A DNA stretch of 64,000 nucleotides, taken from NCBI GenBank assembly GCA_043228905.1, contig JBHGNT010000015.1, forward strand, positions 3,844,001 to 3,908,000. The letters are read 5' to 3'. The first letter of the stretch is position 1. Each line of letters opens with the position of its first letter. Source of the DNA: Azolla caroliniana. Its lineage: Eukaryota > Plantae > Polypodiophyta. Shown in pieces: positions 1-11,993 of the stretch. The translations under genes were made by a program, and so were the position numbers. The notes beneath the pieces were generated by a model. The model searched no databases, had not been told where the DNA came from, and was given only the letters and a program-made list of their open reading frames with translations.

Positions 1-80
1 TAAAAGACATGATGACGTAATTGCTTCTTGTTTCGTTATTTTTCTTAGAGAAGATGGAAATATTTTAACATGCCATACCT

Positions 81-151
81 GCATTGGTGGTCTAGTCGTA
101 GAATAGTACCTTGCCACTGTACAAACCCGTGTTCGATTCTCGGCCAATGTA
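81..151 (+). pseudogene. tRNA-Gly(GCC) degenerate copy
   Basis: Differs from the intact copy in the D-loop (TAGTCGT), anticodon stem and T-stem (CCGTG/CTCGG). Confidence 0.75.
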
Positions 152-495
152 TTGCGTATGAATCCTAAACCTTTAACTTACTATATACATAGCAAACAAT
201 ATTCCACATCTAGCGTAGAATGTCAAGCACATGGAGAGCACTAAAGATTTCAATAGATGGGCATTGTACGAATCAGATGTAGAGAATGTTAGCCGCAACG
301 AGGGTACGAAATAGTTTTATAATGAACCAATCTAACAATGAACATGTGAGTTTGTTGATGCGAAAAGAATTTCCCTCAGACAACTTTCGGCAAGTATCTC
401 CAAAAGTTAAACATCATAAAGACGTGATGATGTAATCGGTTCTTGTTTAATTATTTTTCGTAGAGAAGATCAAAATATTTTAACATGTCATACTT

Positions 496-566
496 GCATC
501 GGTGGTCTAGTCATAGGATAGTATGTTGCCACGGTTCAAACCCAGGTTCGATTCTCGACCAATGTA
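496..566 (+). pseudogene. tRNA-Gly(GCC) degenerate copy
   Basis: Many substitutions in the acceptor, D, anticodon and T stems; GCC anticodon retained. Confidence 0.8.
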
Positions 567-899
567 ATCCATATGAAACCTGAAACTTACTATATTTAGC
601 ACTCAATATTCCATATCTAGCGTTGAATGTCAAGCACATGGAGTGCACTAAAGATTTTCAATACATGGGCATTGTACGAATCAGATGTAGAGAATGTTGG
701 CCGCAACGAGGGTACGAAATAGTTTTAGCGCGAGCCAATCTAGCAATGAACATGTGAGTTTGTTGATGTATAAAGAATTTCCTTAAGAGAACCTTAGACA
801 AGTATGGCCACAAGTTGTTAAACGTCATAAAGACTTGATGACGTAATTTGTTCTTGTTTCATCATTTCTGTTATAGTACACGAAAATATTTTAACACTT

Positions 900-970
900 G
901 CATTGGTGGTCTAGTGGTAGAATAGTACCCTGCCACGGTACAGACCCGGGTTCGATTCCCGGCCAATGCA
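900..970 (+). tRNA. tRNA-Gly(GCC), intact
   Basis: GCATTGGTGGTCTAGTGGTAGAATAGTACCCTGCCACGGTACAGACCCGGGTTCGATTCCCGGCCAATGCA: paired acceptor, anticodon and T stems, A and B boxes, GCC anticodon. Confidence 0.97.
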
Positions 971-1193
971 ATTTGTATGAATCCTAAAACGAAACTTACT
1001 ATATAAAGCACTCAAAGTTCCACATCTAGCGTGAGAATGTTGGCCGCAGTAAGGGTACGAAGCAGTTTTCTAACGAGCCGATCTAACGATGAACATGTGA
1101 CTTTGTTGATGCGTAAAAGACATGATGACGTAATTGCTTCTTGTTTCGTTATTTTTCTTAGAGAAGATGGAAATATTTTAACATGCCATACTT

Positions 1194-1264
1194 GCATTGG
1201 TGGTCTAGTGGTAGAATAGTACATTGCCACGGTACAAACCCGTGTTCGATTCTCGGCCAATGTA
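1194..1264 (+). pseudogene. tRNA-Gly(GCC) degenerate copy
   Basis: Anticodon-stem (GTACA/GGTAC) and T-stem mismatches; A and B boxes intact. Confidence 0.7.
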
Positions 1265-1607
1265 ATGCGCATGAATCTTAACCTTTAACTTACTATATAC
1301 ATAGCAAACAATATTCCACATCTAGCGTAGAATGTCAAGCACATGGAGAGCACTAAAGATTTCAATAGATGGGCATTGTACGAATCAGATGTAGAGAATG
1401 TTAGCCGCAACGAGGGTACGAAATAGTTTTATAGTGAGCCAATCTAACAATGAACATGTGAGTTTTATGATGCGAAAAGAATTTCCCTCAGACAACTTTA
1501 GGCAAGTATCGCCACAAGTTAAACATCATAAAGACATGATGATGTAATCGGTTCTTGTTTAATTATTTTTCGTATAGAAGATTAAAATATTTTAACATGT
1601 CATACTT

Positions 1608-1678
1608 GCATCGGTGGTCTAGTGGTAGGATAGTACGTTGCCATGGTTCAAACCCAAGTTCGATTCTCGACCAATGTA
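1608..1678 (+). pseudogene. tRNA-Gly(GCC) degenerate copy
   Basis: Multiple stem mismatches; counterpart of 496-566. Confidence 0.8.
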
Positions 1679-2011
1679 ATCCGTATGAAACTTGAAACTT
1701 ACTATATTTAGCACTCAATATTCCATATCTAGCGTTGAATGTCAAGCACATGGAGTGCACTAAAGATTTTCAATACATGGGCATTGTACGAATCAGATGT
1801 AGAGAATGTTGGCCGCAATGAGGGTACGAAATAGTTTTAGCGCGAGCCAATCTAGCAATGAACATGTGAGTTTGTTGATGTAGAAAGAATTTCCTTAAGA
1901 GAACCTTAGACAAGTATGGCCACAAGTTGTTAAACATCATAAAGACTTGATGACATAATTGGTGCTTGTTTCATCATTTCTATTATAGTACACGAAAATA
2001 TTTTAACACTT

Positions 2012-2082
2012 GCATTGGTGGTCTAGTGGTAGAATAGTACCCTGCCACGGTACAGACCCGGGTTCGATTCCCGGCCAATGCA
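2012..2082 (+). tRNA. tRNA-Gly(GCC), intact
   Basis: Identical to 900-970. Confidence 0.97.
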
Positions 2083-2300
2083 ATTCGTATGAATCCTAAA
2101 ACGAAAATGCTTACTATATATAGCACTCAAAATTCCACATCTAGCGTGAGAATGTTGGCCGCAGTAAGGTTATGAAGCAGTTTTCTAACTAGCCAATCTA
2201 ACAATGAAGTTCGATGATGCATAAAAGACACGATGACGCAATTTCTTCTTGTTTGTTATTTCTCTTAGAGAAGATGAAAATATTTTAACATGCCATACTT

Positions 2301-2371
2301 GCATTGGTGGTCTAGTTGTAGAATAGTACCCTGCCACAGTACAAACCCGTGTTCGATTCTCGGCCAATGTA
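2301..2371 (+). pseudogene. tRNA-Gly(GCC) degenerate copy (last in the array)
   Basis: D-loop TAGTTGT, anticodon-stem and T-stem mismatches. Confidence 0.75.
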
Positions 2372-3686
2372 ATGCGTATGAACCGTAAACGTACTATAGT
2401 ATTTTATACACGTGGATAAAGTGTGAGGGTTAAACGAGAGTGTAAAGAAGGGAAGGATTACTTTTCATCCTTGGGATTGAGACAACCCATTAAAGGCCAA
2501 CTGTGAACTTGCCTGGGGGGGCCTTAGGTCTGGCTATAAATATGAGGCCTAGCTACCCTCATTTGGCACATGATCGACTACGTCGAGACTCTGTCCTTGT
2601 GGTGATTAACTCTTGAAGCGAGTGCCAGAATACCAAGTACGATTCGACACCACAATGGTGGTATGGAACGCCAATCAAGGTTCAAGTCCATCTCGATCCC
2701 TTCACTCAAGGGTGGTCAGATTGATCGACACCCTTCTTTCTCTCTTTCCTCTCTTTTTTTTAATAATATATTCCCTTATCTCATGCCTACATTAGGATCT
2801 AGCTCTAACAAAAAAACATCATGAAAATTGTCATGAAACCTTCTTAAGTTGTCCACCATAATATTATTTGGCTACACATTAACTAATTTCACCCATCACC
2901 TAACACATAAAGCCATTTGGTCTTGGTGGATGGTTATATCAAGGATATATTATGACATGATGGTCACATGTTATAATTGTCTTCTTGACATCACTCCTCT
3001 ATAAAAGAAGTGTTTTTCTCATATAAAGAAATATGGCAACCCTCGACAAGTACCACTTACATCATGCTTACTTCTCAAAATTACATTGTTGCACCTCTCC
3101 AATGGAAGATGCATTGTTTGTCCTAATTCAACTTGTCTTTGATATGCACTTGTGCATTTTGCACAAATTACACATGAAATTGTTGCAAGTAATACACAAC
3201 GAGGATCAAGGTACTACTACAATGACAATATTTTGAATATTGGTTAGAACAAGTCACAAGTGAATAGCATGTGTTGTATATCGGAAACATATGCGACCAT
3301 GAGAAGGTGGAGGTATTGTATACAATGACGCAAGAAGAAGAAGAGACGCACAAGGATAGTTATCTTATTATGTAACTCTAAAACCCCTATGAATGGAAGT
3401 ATGGACAATGTCAGGTGAAGACCATACCTATATGGGGGCAAGAGGTGGGTCATAATGAGCTCCCTAGTTGTAACACATCCGATGTGTTGAGGGGTTCTGT
3501 GATCGGAACCGCAACACGCCACCTCGATGGATTGAGGTAAGGGTCTTTCTCGACGGATAGAGAAGGCGCCCATGACTCGGAGTAAGAGTCGTGGGCTCCT
3601 AAGTCTACTCGATAGATGGAGAAGACACCCATGACTCAAGGTGTGAGTCATGGGTTTGTGGCATGTGTACCATTGCCTAAGTGCAA

Positions 3687-3855
3687 TGTGAGGGATGGAA
3701 TCTCTCTGAAGTGCACTCAATAAGCTAATAACTATGTGAGGGATGGAATCTCTCTAGAGTGCACTCAATAATCTAATACATATGTGACGGGTGGAATCTC
3801 TCTAGAGTGCACTCAATAATCTAATAAGGGATGGAACCCCCTAGAGTGCACTCAC
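3687..3855. repeat. ~48-bp tandem repeat x3.5, probably within an LTR-retroelement remnant
   Basis: TGTGAGGGATGGAATCTCTCTAGAGTGCACTCAATAATCTAATA units, followed by a G-run (PPT-like) and TGACAAG at ~3882-3904. Confidence 0.6.
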
Positions 3856-5175
3856 TTCCATAAGGTACTCATGTACCATATGGGGGGGGGGGGGGACTGA
3901 CAAGAGAATGAAGAAGTATATTCTATTTTAAGCTGGATAGAGGGTGGTTGGGCGGATCCAAATAATTTCTCTCTTGTAGTCATTGATTCCCGTAAACGAA
4001 GAGCATCGACACGCGAGTCCGAACCAATCGGCGATTCACCCTTATCTCAGAAATTTCAGTGGTGTTACACTAGTAGCCCCCCTAAGACATATTTGATTGT
4101 CATTAATCGACAATCTCGCTTTAACGACTCTTCTAAGTATTAAAAAAATCTATCATCAAAATCTTTGAGTTTTAAATATATAAAACTTCCACCATTAAAA
4201 TTAAAACACATATAAATCTTCTTCCCAATATAAAACAATAAGTAAGAGATCATTCCAAGCACTGTTTCGTCTCTGATTTCATCAAAGCATTAAAATTTTA
4301 GCCACCACAAATATTTTAACCACTAAAAAACACAAAATGTGTTTTGAACATACTTAAAACATCAAGTTACACAAATTTCCAGCCACAAAATGTTTCTAAG
4401 ATCATAAGTTATGTAGTCTTGACTTCGGAGACCCAAATTGTCCAAAATCCAAGACCAAACCTAGAAATGAAAATTGAATCCATACAAAACAGAGATTATG
4501 GCCTATGTGGAGAGGATGGCAAATAGATTCAAAAGTTGAAGAGAGTACTAGTGTGACAATTTTCTTCAACAGAGCGAGTGGGAATTCTTTCTTCAATGGA
4601 GTGTTCATCTTGCTTATTTGCAATTCAACATGTTCCATTACATTACACACGTAGTTAGTTAGTGGGTGACCATACTCCATTGTGACCCCCGTTGTAAGTA
4701 GCAATGGCCACGGTTCAGTTCAGTTTCTTTGCCTTAAAACCAAACCAAACCAAACCATTTATATAGAACAAAAACCAAACGAAGCCGTGTATGAACACTC
4801 AAGCCATTTAAACCAAACCATTTAAGAGAAAAGGTAAACCAAATCATTTAAACCCAAACCGTTTAGGGAAAAGTTGAAACCAAACCAAACCATTTAGTAC
4901 AAAATTTAAACATAACCATTTAAGTAAAACTAATTAAAAATCTAAATAATCAAATATACATTAAATTAAATAAGCGTTTAAGTAAAATTCATCAAATCAA
5001 TAAAAGAAACTTTAATTAAACTAGTAAATTAAATACGCATTTAAGTTAAATTAATTAAATTAATAAAAAACCATTAAATTAATAAATAATTAAGGCAAAA
5101 AAAAAGTCAACTAGGAATACGAACAACGAACAGCAGGAGGAGCTCGTCGGGAGGCTGCACGAACAGCAGCTCGCA

Positions 5176-7064
5176 GTGATGGCGGTGATGACAACAGTGA
5201 TGACAACAGAGGGGGCATCAACCAGCGTCTCAGAACCTGTGGAGGCTGCACGAACTGCAACTCGAAATCCTCTTGCCACCAAGGGGACGCAGGTATGTGA
5301 GGATCAAACCTCTAATGATTATGATGATGATCTAGAACAGGGGACAGAGGGGATGAATAGGTTAGGTGATAACTCAATGCAAGCTATGGGAGCCTTCGTT
5401 CTCTCCCCGGAAGAAGAATGCATCATGGAGAGTGAAATCGCAAGACTTAGACAGGAATCATTTGTGGTGAAAGTGGTGGGTAGTCGACCAAATCGCCCGT
5501 TGTTGCGTGATTGGTTGCAAAGTTGCCTGCAAGAAAACCTTGGAAGAGTGATGGACATCACATTTATGGGAAAGGGGTTCTACCATGTTACTGTGATGCC
5601 TGATACGAATATATGTAAAATTATCGAGAACAATCCATTGACATGGCACAATGCAAGAGCGTATGTATTCAAATGGAATGTGGATTTTGACATGTGTAAA
5701 GCAAATGCTTGTATAGGAAATCCAGCAGTAATAACGGCCTTTTTCCCTGGTTTACCTAAGAAATGGGAGTCCTTTCTCCCAGCCATTGGGAAGAGTATGG
5801 GAGGGCAATGTTTGGAAAAAACATTTGCAGAGAGAGTAAGTGAAATGCCGAGGATGAAATTAATTGTCTCTGATGTAAAGACCTTACCACAAACAATGGT
5901 GTTAAGCAGCAAACTCATGCCTGACCATGTACATCCAATGGAATATGCCGGACTTCCAGGGCAATGCTTTGTTTGTAGACAAATGGGGCATATGGCCCGA
6001 GAATGCCCTAGAGGTAAGGAGATCATGCATCGTAGAAATGGGAAGCATGGATGGAAAAGCCCAACAAGTTTGACACAACAGAAAAATATGAGAACAAACC
6101 ATGCAATGTGGATGAATGAAGATGGATGGAAGTATATGAATAATAAAGGAAAACAAAAAATTATGCTCAGACAAGAATGGCATCAACTTAGCAACAAATA
6201 TGAACTCTTAGCCATAGAGGACAATGAAAACATAGCTAATGACAAGGAAGCAAGATCAAAGGCACATTCGGAGAGCAACTTTGTGAATGTTATTAATGAT
6301 ATGCAGACATGGCAGTAGGAAGACAATGTTGATGCATCAAGAATGTATGGATGAGGAAGGAGAAATAAGAAATCAAAAGGATGTAAGCCCCTTGAAAGAG
6401 CAAGATAAGTCGCTAGTGACAACCCAACATATTAAGGGGATAGCAAAAATGAAAAGGCACATGCGTGCTAGAAAAGAGGAAGAGAATGGGATGGAGAAAC
6501 ATAAAGGTATGCGTAAACGGTCAAGAGTGAAATGGAATCCTCAATACAAAGTGACCCCCCCTATCGACTACTGGGCAACAAATCAAATTGAAACTGACAG
6601 GCAAAAAGTGGTTCAAGGAAATGTGTGGGGTTGAGATGAAGAAGGACAACATGTGTAGAATCAATATCTATAGTCATTGTGAGGACGAAGATCAAATCGT
6701 TGGACTGTCCTATATGCTGGTCGTGGGAAATAAGGAGCCCCACAACAGAGAAGAAGCACTCGGATGGTTGGAACAACAAATGGGTGCTCATGTAGATTCA
6801 ACATATGGTACCGCAATAAGTGTGAAAATGAAAAGACAATGGAAAGATGCCATGCTATGGAGCTCGGGCAAGGTGAATGAGCAAGGCATATGCTATATAA
6901 ATGTGAAATTTAGGAAGCTACCTCGAATGATCACGGAATTCATGGTATACCACCTTGAAATGGTGACATTAGAAGAGGATAATCTCCAAGATATGATCTT
7001 TGCGAACCTAGTGGAAGCTGAAAATGCATTGGTTGGGCCACTAAAGAGGCACGGTATATGCTAA
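5176..7064 (+). pseudogene. LINE ORF1 (DUF4283-like region + CCHC zinc knuckle + C-terminal extension), broken by a stop and frameshifts
   Basis: GQCFVCRQMGHMARECP knuckle; overlapping ORF pieces 5176-6318, 6287-6634, 6588-7064. Confidence 0.8.
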
Positions 7065-7065
7065 A

Positions 7066-10000
7066 ATGAATCTTAGCTTGCTAACATGGAATATACAAGG
7101 AATTGGTGGTAGCCAATTCCACATGAAGAACAATGTATTAGCTGCTGAAATTCAGCGATGCACGGAGGCAATAGTGCTTGATGTTATCATGGTGCAAGAG
7201 CATCACCTAGATGGGGATAAGATCGACAAAATTGGAAACATCTGCCCTGGCAGTTGGACCAATACATGGTCGGCAGCTACGGGGGACAGACAGATTCACG
7301 GGGGAGTACTCATAGCAATGAAAGCTAAGTATAATGCAACATTCACAGGCAGAGGATGTTTAGTAGAGGGTCGGGCTGTCTATATAAGGATCAAACATAG
7401 ATATGGGCACTTGGGCATACTGAACATATATGCCCCAAATTCTACTACTGAAATAAAGGAATTCTGGTTGCAACTAGTGGACAAGAAACCAGATGCAGAT
7501 ATGTGGATCATTGGAGGAGATTTTAATATGGTGGAGCAACAAGAAGATATAAGCGGAAATGCAAATGGCACGGTGCAAGGGGCGGAAAAAGATGCATGGG
7601 ATAAGTTTTGTTTAGCATATAACGTGATAGATTGTTGGAATGCATCTAACTTTCAGATGCAAAAAGAAAAATCTCTTCTATACTCTAGAGTAGGAGGAAG
7701 CGTTCATGGGAGGAGAATGTCCATGTTGGACAGATGGTATTTGGACCCTCGGCTCATAGATATGAAAGGCAAATGCATAATTTGTCCTGGAACGATGTTC
7801 TCAGACCATGCACCTATCCTGTTACATATAAAAAAAAACAGTCGATGCAATCCACATAATGTGAAGGGGAGCAAGGAGTTGGTCATGGACAATAAATGGA
7901 CTAATGATATAAGAAGACTATGGTCTAATGTCAAATGGATGTATCATGATCCCGCTCATAGGCTGGCTGGGAAAATTGAGGAATGTGCATGTTTCTTTCG
8001 GAAGAAAGCAACTGAAATTAGAAAGGAGATGAAGGAGAAACTACAAAGAATGCAATGGACACTCGCTTCTATGCAGCGACTAAGAGAACAATACCTGAAT
8101 AATGTATGGATTGAGGCCCAACTAGAGGAGGCAAAATGCAAACTGGATATGTATTAGAAACTAAGGACTACTAATGCCTATCGTAGTAAAGCAGTAAATT
8201 GGATGAGGGTAGGAGACCGTGTTATGAAAGGTTTTTTTGAAGCTGTAAAATGCAAAGGCTCTGGGACCCAACCTTCATGTTTGAAAAAGACAGATGGCAC
8301 AATGACCACGTGCGCGAAGGAAATGCTTGGAATGGCCACGAGCTATTATATGCAACTACTGAATGTATGCAACGAGGATCATATTGAGCAGGATGCCTTT
8401 AGAAATATAATAAATAGGATACCGAAGAGAGTTTCGGCTCAGATGATGGACCGTCTAAATACCCCTATTTGTATACAAGAATTGTGGGATGCAATTTCAG
8501 ATATGAACAAACAAAGTTGTGCAGGCATAGATGGACTCCCTATATATTTTTACATCAAATATTGGGATTTAATTAAGGATGACATGTTGGAAGGGATGCA
8601 ATACATTATGGCTGAAGGTTTAATGCCTCCGACATTGTATCAAGGAATGATTTATTTAATTCCCAAGGATGGGAAAGATCTAACTATGCTTGATAATTGG
8701 CGACCTTTGACGATTCTCACTAATGGCTATAAGATCATGGCTAAAGTTGTAAGTAGTCAATTGAAAACGGTCCTAGGGGACATAATACATACAACGCAAA
8801 CTGGCTTCCTCGAAAACCGGAGCATTGTTGACAATGTGATAACTTTTTGGGAGTATTCAGCATGGGCAGAGGAGCAAGAAGTGGACCTAGCAGTAATGTT
8901 ACTCGATTTTGAAAAAACATATGATAGGATCTCATGGGAATTCCTAGAAGCAGTGATGGCTGCCCTAAGCTTCGAGCAGCAATGGATCCTTGGATTGGCT
9001 GCCTTTTATAGGGATGCTTCCAGCCAGGTTTTAATGGCTGGAAGCTTGGGGAAGAGCTTTAGGATGACACGATCGGTACGCCAGGGATGCCCATTGGCCT
9101 CGTACCTATTCATTATTGCAGCGGAAGTGTTGCATTATCAGATTAGTGATAGATATTGGCAAATACAAGGCCTTCCCCTACCCGAGGATGCAGGAATGAT
9201 GCTTGATACAGAATATGATGATGATACAACAATTTATGTTAAGGGGGATGCAAACAACTTGGACAGACTACAAAGTGCAATAAATGAGTTTTGTAGGGGG
9301 TCATGTGCGAATATAATTTGGAATAAATCAGTGGGCATTTGGATTAGCAATAAGCCTGTGGTCAATTGGGCTCCAGACCCTAATTTCAGATGGTTGAGGA
9401 GAGGAGAAGCTACTAGATACTTGGGTTTCAAAATCGGGATGGACATTGATCGCTCAGAACACTACACTCTACTTGTGGACAAAATAAAAGTGAAGTTAAT
9501 ATGGTGGAATGCAAGAAAATTATCCTTTGCAGCCAAGATTGTGATTGCAAATCAGGTGCTAATGGCCACAATATGGCATACTGTGGCATGTTGGATAATC
9601 GCACCCAAGTCGATGAAATTGATAAAAAGGTTGATCAGAAATTTCTTATGGGGGGGCACCGAGGAAAAACATGCTTGTGCAAAGGTTGCATGGACTACAC
9701 TCATAAAAGATAAACGTGAAGGTGGGGTGGGACTAATAGATCCTGTGGTGCAAACGAAGGCTTTGCTCGGCAAATTGGTGGTCAGGAGCTTGCAACCACC
9801 CGAGGCACCTTGGAAAATTCTCTGGCGACGCAGATGGAATATGTGGTTGCCAAGACATGGTGGGAGTTGGCCAAGTAGCCCTTTTTGGGGGTTTGTGCCT
9901 GAAATGCGACCCAAATACCGGGGATGTACACAGAGTATATGTGTTGTTGGAATTATGAAGGCATGGAATGGAATAAGAAAGGGAATCGTTTGTAGGTGGA

Positions 10001-11415
10001 GAAATGATGCATATGCTCGAATGTACATGCCTATTGTTTGGAACCCATTAATTAGAGATGTGGATGGGCTGATGATAGGACAAAAAACAGGTTTCAAATG
10101 GGCCAATTTAATCAATGCCCAAGGGAATACATTGGCAAATTGGAAGAGATTTCTACGTAATGATGTGGGCACTCAAAAGGCTAGAATATGGAGGATAAAC
10201 AGGGGTAAATGCATGCTAATGAGGATTACAGATGCCTTTGCACGCAGCGGGCAAATCTTGGAAGAAGCAGCCATAAGCCCCTCTGAAATGGAATGGACAG
10301 GACTCATCGATGCTGAAAATTATGTAATTGGAATTAAGGGAATGAAAGCCAACTCTAATGAGGCATGCTACTACAAAATAGATCATAGAAGGGTAATATG
10401 TGAGCAACCAGCCTATCAAAGTGAAAGGCCAATTAGGTTGCTTGCAAAAAATGGAAAGGCTATGATAGTTGACCCCAAACCAAGTGAGCTCAAACCAACG
10501 ACGGTGTGTTGGCCGATAGAAGGGAATTCAAATCAGCTATCATGGGACCCTGCGATGTATTTCTGGAAAACTCAAGGTCCAAGTGATGGTGCCAAGTTGG
10601 TGCAATTTTTCAAGTACAACACGAAAATCGAGAGGCAAATTATCCTAAAACAAGAACACCAAGATATTGCAGCTCGTAAATTTTGGATACAAGAGGGCAT
10701 TAGTGAAAGGAGATTAGCTAAATTCTGGAAAATGATATGGCATGACAGCGGTGACCGCAAGATAATGATGTGCTTATGGCTTATTGTGCATAGAGCCTTG
10801 CCAGTAGGGGCATGGGCTAAAGGCCCCAATGTAGACCCAAGATGTAGTGCATGTGGACAACTAGAAAGCATTTCCCATTGTCTTTGGGAATGTCATGAGG
10901 CTATGGTAGTATGGAGAAGGGCATTACGATTGCTTTGCCATGCCTCTAGCTCATTTACCCTCAATTGGGGACATGCTTGTTGGAATTGTCTTGATGATGA
11001 CGTAGAGAATTTTGATAGCACATGTACAACTATGTACAAAGGGGAGAATGGGACTATTCGAGTGATCGTTGGTAAAAGTGCACCTAGAAGTAATGCCCAG
11101 AAGCAGAAAATTGTAGATCTATGGATGTTGTTAGCACCCATTATCATATGGAACATTTGGACCGCAAGATGTACCAGGGTATTTTCAGCAAACAAACGGC
11201 CTCCAACAGAATCTATTAAGCTAATATGGCACATGCTAATAACTACATTGAGGGCCCAATATGAGCGGATTGATGGAATAGATGATGCTTCAGATTTAAT
11301 GAGACTGAAATTCAGAAAACGATGGTGTACTACACCGATGGCTACAGAAATTGGAGTGGAGATACGATGGCAATACGTAGTACCGAGATGGTTGTTCCCC
11401 CCTCCCATTAGATGA
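7066..11415 (+). pseudogene. LINE ORF2: APE endonuclease - reverse transcriptase - zf-RVT; in-frame TAG at 8155-8157
   Basis: LLTWNIQG, NIYAPN, GGDFN, SDHAPI (APE); NWRPLT, DFEKTYD, RQGCPLA, YDDD (RT); CSACGQLESISHCLWEC. Confidence 0.93.
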
Positions 11416-11834
11416 TAGAGGGGCGTGAATGACACAACAAACATGGAGAACAAACATATGGGCTATTTAGTGTAAGATAAATATGTGATGTAGTCCATAC
11501 GGAAGTAGGTAATGTCTAAAGTTGTGTATTGTATGTCATTTTAACTAATGGAGTATATTCTTCTTTTGGAAAAAAAAACAAAAAGTCAACCAAAAACCAA
11601 TAAACCTTTAAACCAAACCATTGAAACCGATAAACCCGAGTTTTAGAACCGAACCGAACCGTTTATTAAAAATCGAAACCAAACCATTAATTTATTGTGG
11701 AACCAATAAACCGTTAAAAGCATGACTTACGGTTTGGTTCGGTTCGGTTCGGTTGGAGCCGAAACCGTGCCCATTGCTAATAATTTGTAAGTAGTGTTTT
11801 TCGCACAGATATACTAATTGTATGTTTTCACCAG

Positions 11835-11992
11835 AAGAAGAAGAAGAAGAAGAAGACGAAGAAGAAGAAGAAGGAGAGAGAGAGAGAGAGAGAGAGAAAG
11901 GCCTTTCTCTCTGAAAGGCTTGACCCCTGTTCTGTGACTCCTTCCTTCTGCCACCGTCGCCATCACCACATCCATCCATCCATCCATCCATC
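11835..11992 (+). repeat. (GAA)n, (GA)n and (CATC)n microsatellites in the TYW1 5' leader
   Basis: Read directly from the sequence. Confidence 0.85.
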
Positions 11993-11993
11993 C

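Larger units (their letters stand above)
1..2395 (+). repeat. Tandem tRNA-Gly array, higher-order unit ~1.11 kb with 3 tRNA-containing subunits; probably continues left of the window
   Basis: tRNA starts at 81, 496, 900, 1194, 1608, 2012, 2301; offsets 81->1194, 496->1608 and 900->2012 are 1112-1113 bp; spacers are near-identical between corresponding subunits. Confidence 0.95.
5112..11579 (+). mobile_element. Full-length L1/Tx1-like non-LTR retrotransposon, inactivated
   Basis: TSD AAAAAGTCAAC at 5101-5111 and 11580-11590, A-tail at ~11570, ORF1 and ORF2 present. Confidence 0.93.
4699..11779. mobile_element. hAT-like non-autonomous DNA element (~0.6 kb of its own sequence) split by a LINE insertion
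   Basis: TIRs TAGCAATGGCCACGGTT (4699) / AACCGTGCCCATTGCTA (to 11779); AAACC/AAACCG subterminal repeats at 4735-4920 and 11590-11770; resembles the MITE at 63255; TSD imperfect. Confidence 0.75.

Noticed and set aside
971-1193. tRNA-Gly-snoR43-like dicistronic C/D snoRNA
   Set aside because: A box C-like ATGATGA at ~1122 lies beyond the first T4 run and has no matching CTGA box D or terminal stem
2422-2810. Solo LTR (TG...CA with TATAAATA)
   Set aside because: No matching TSD or second copy in the window
5079-11453. Minus-strand ORFs overlapping the LINE (e.g. 9552-10172, 10893-11453)
   Set aside because: Antisense shadows of ORF1/ORF2 with no independent motifs
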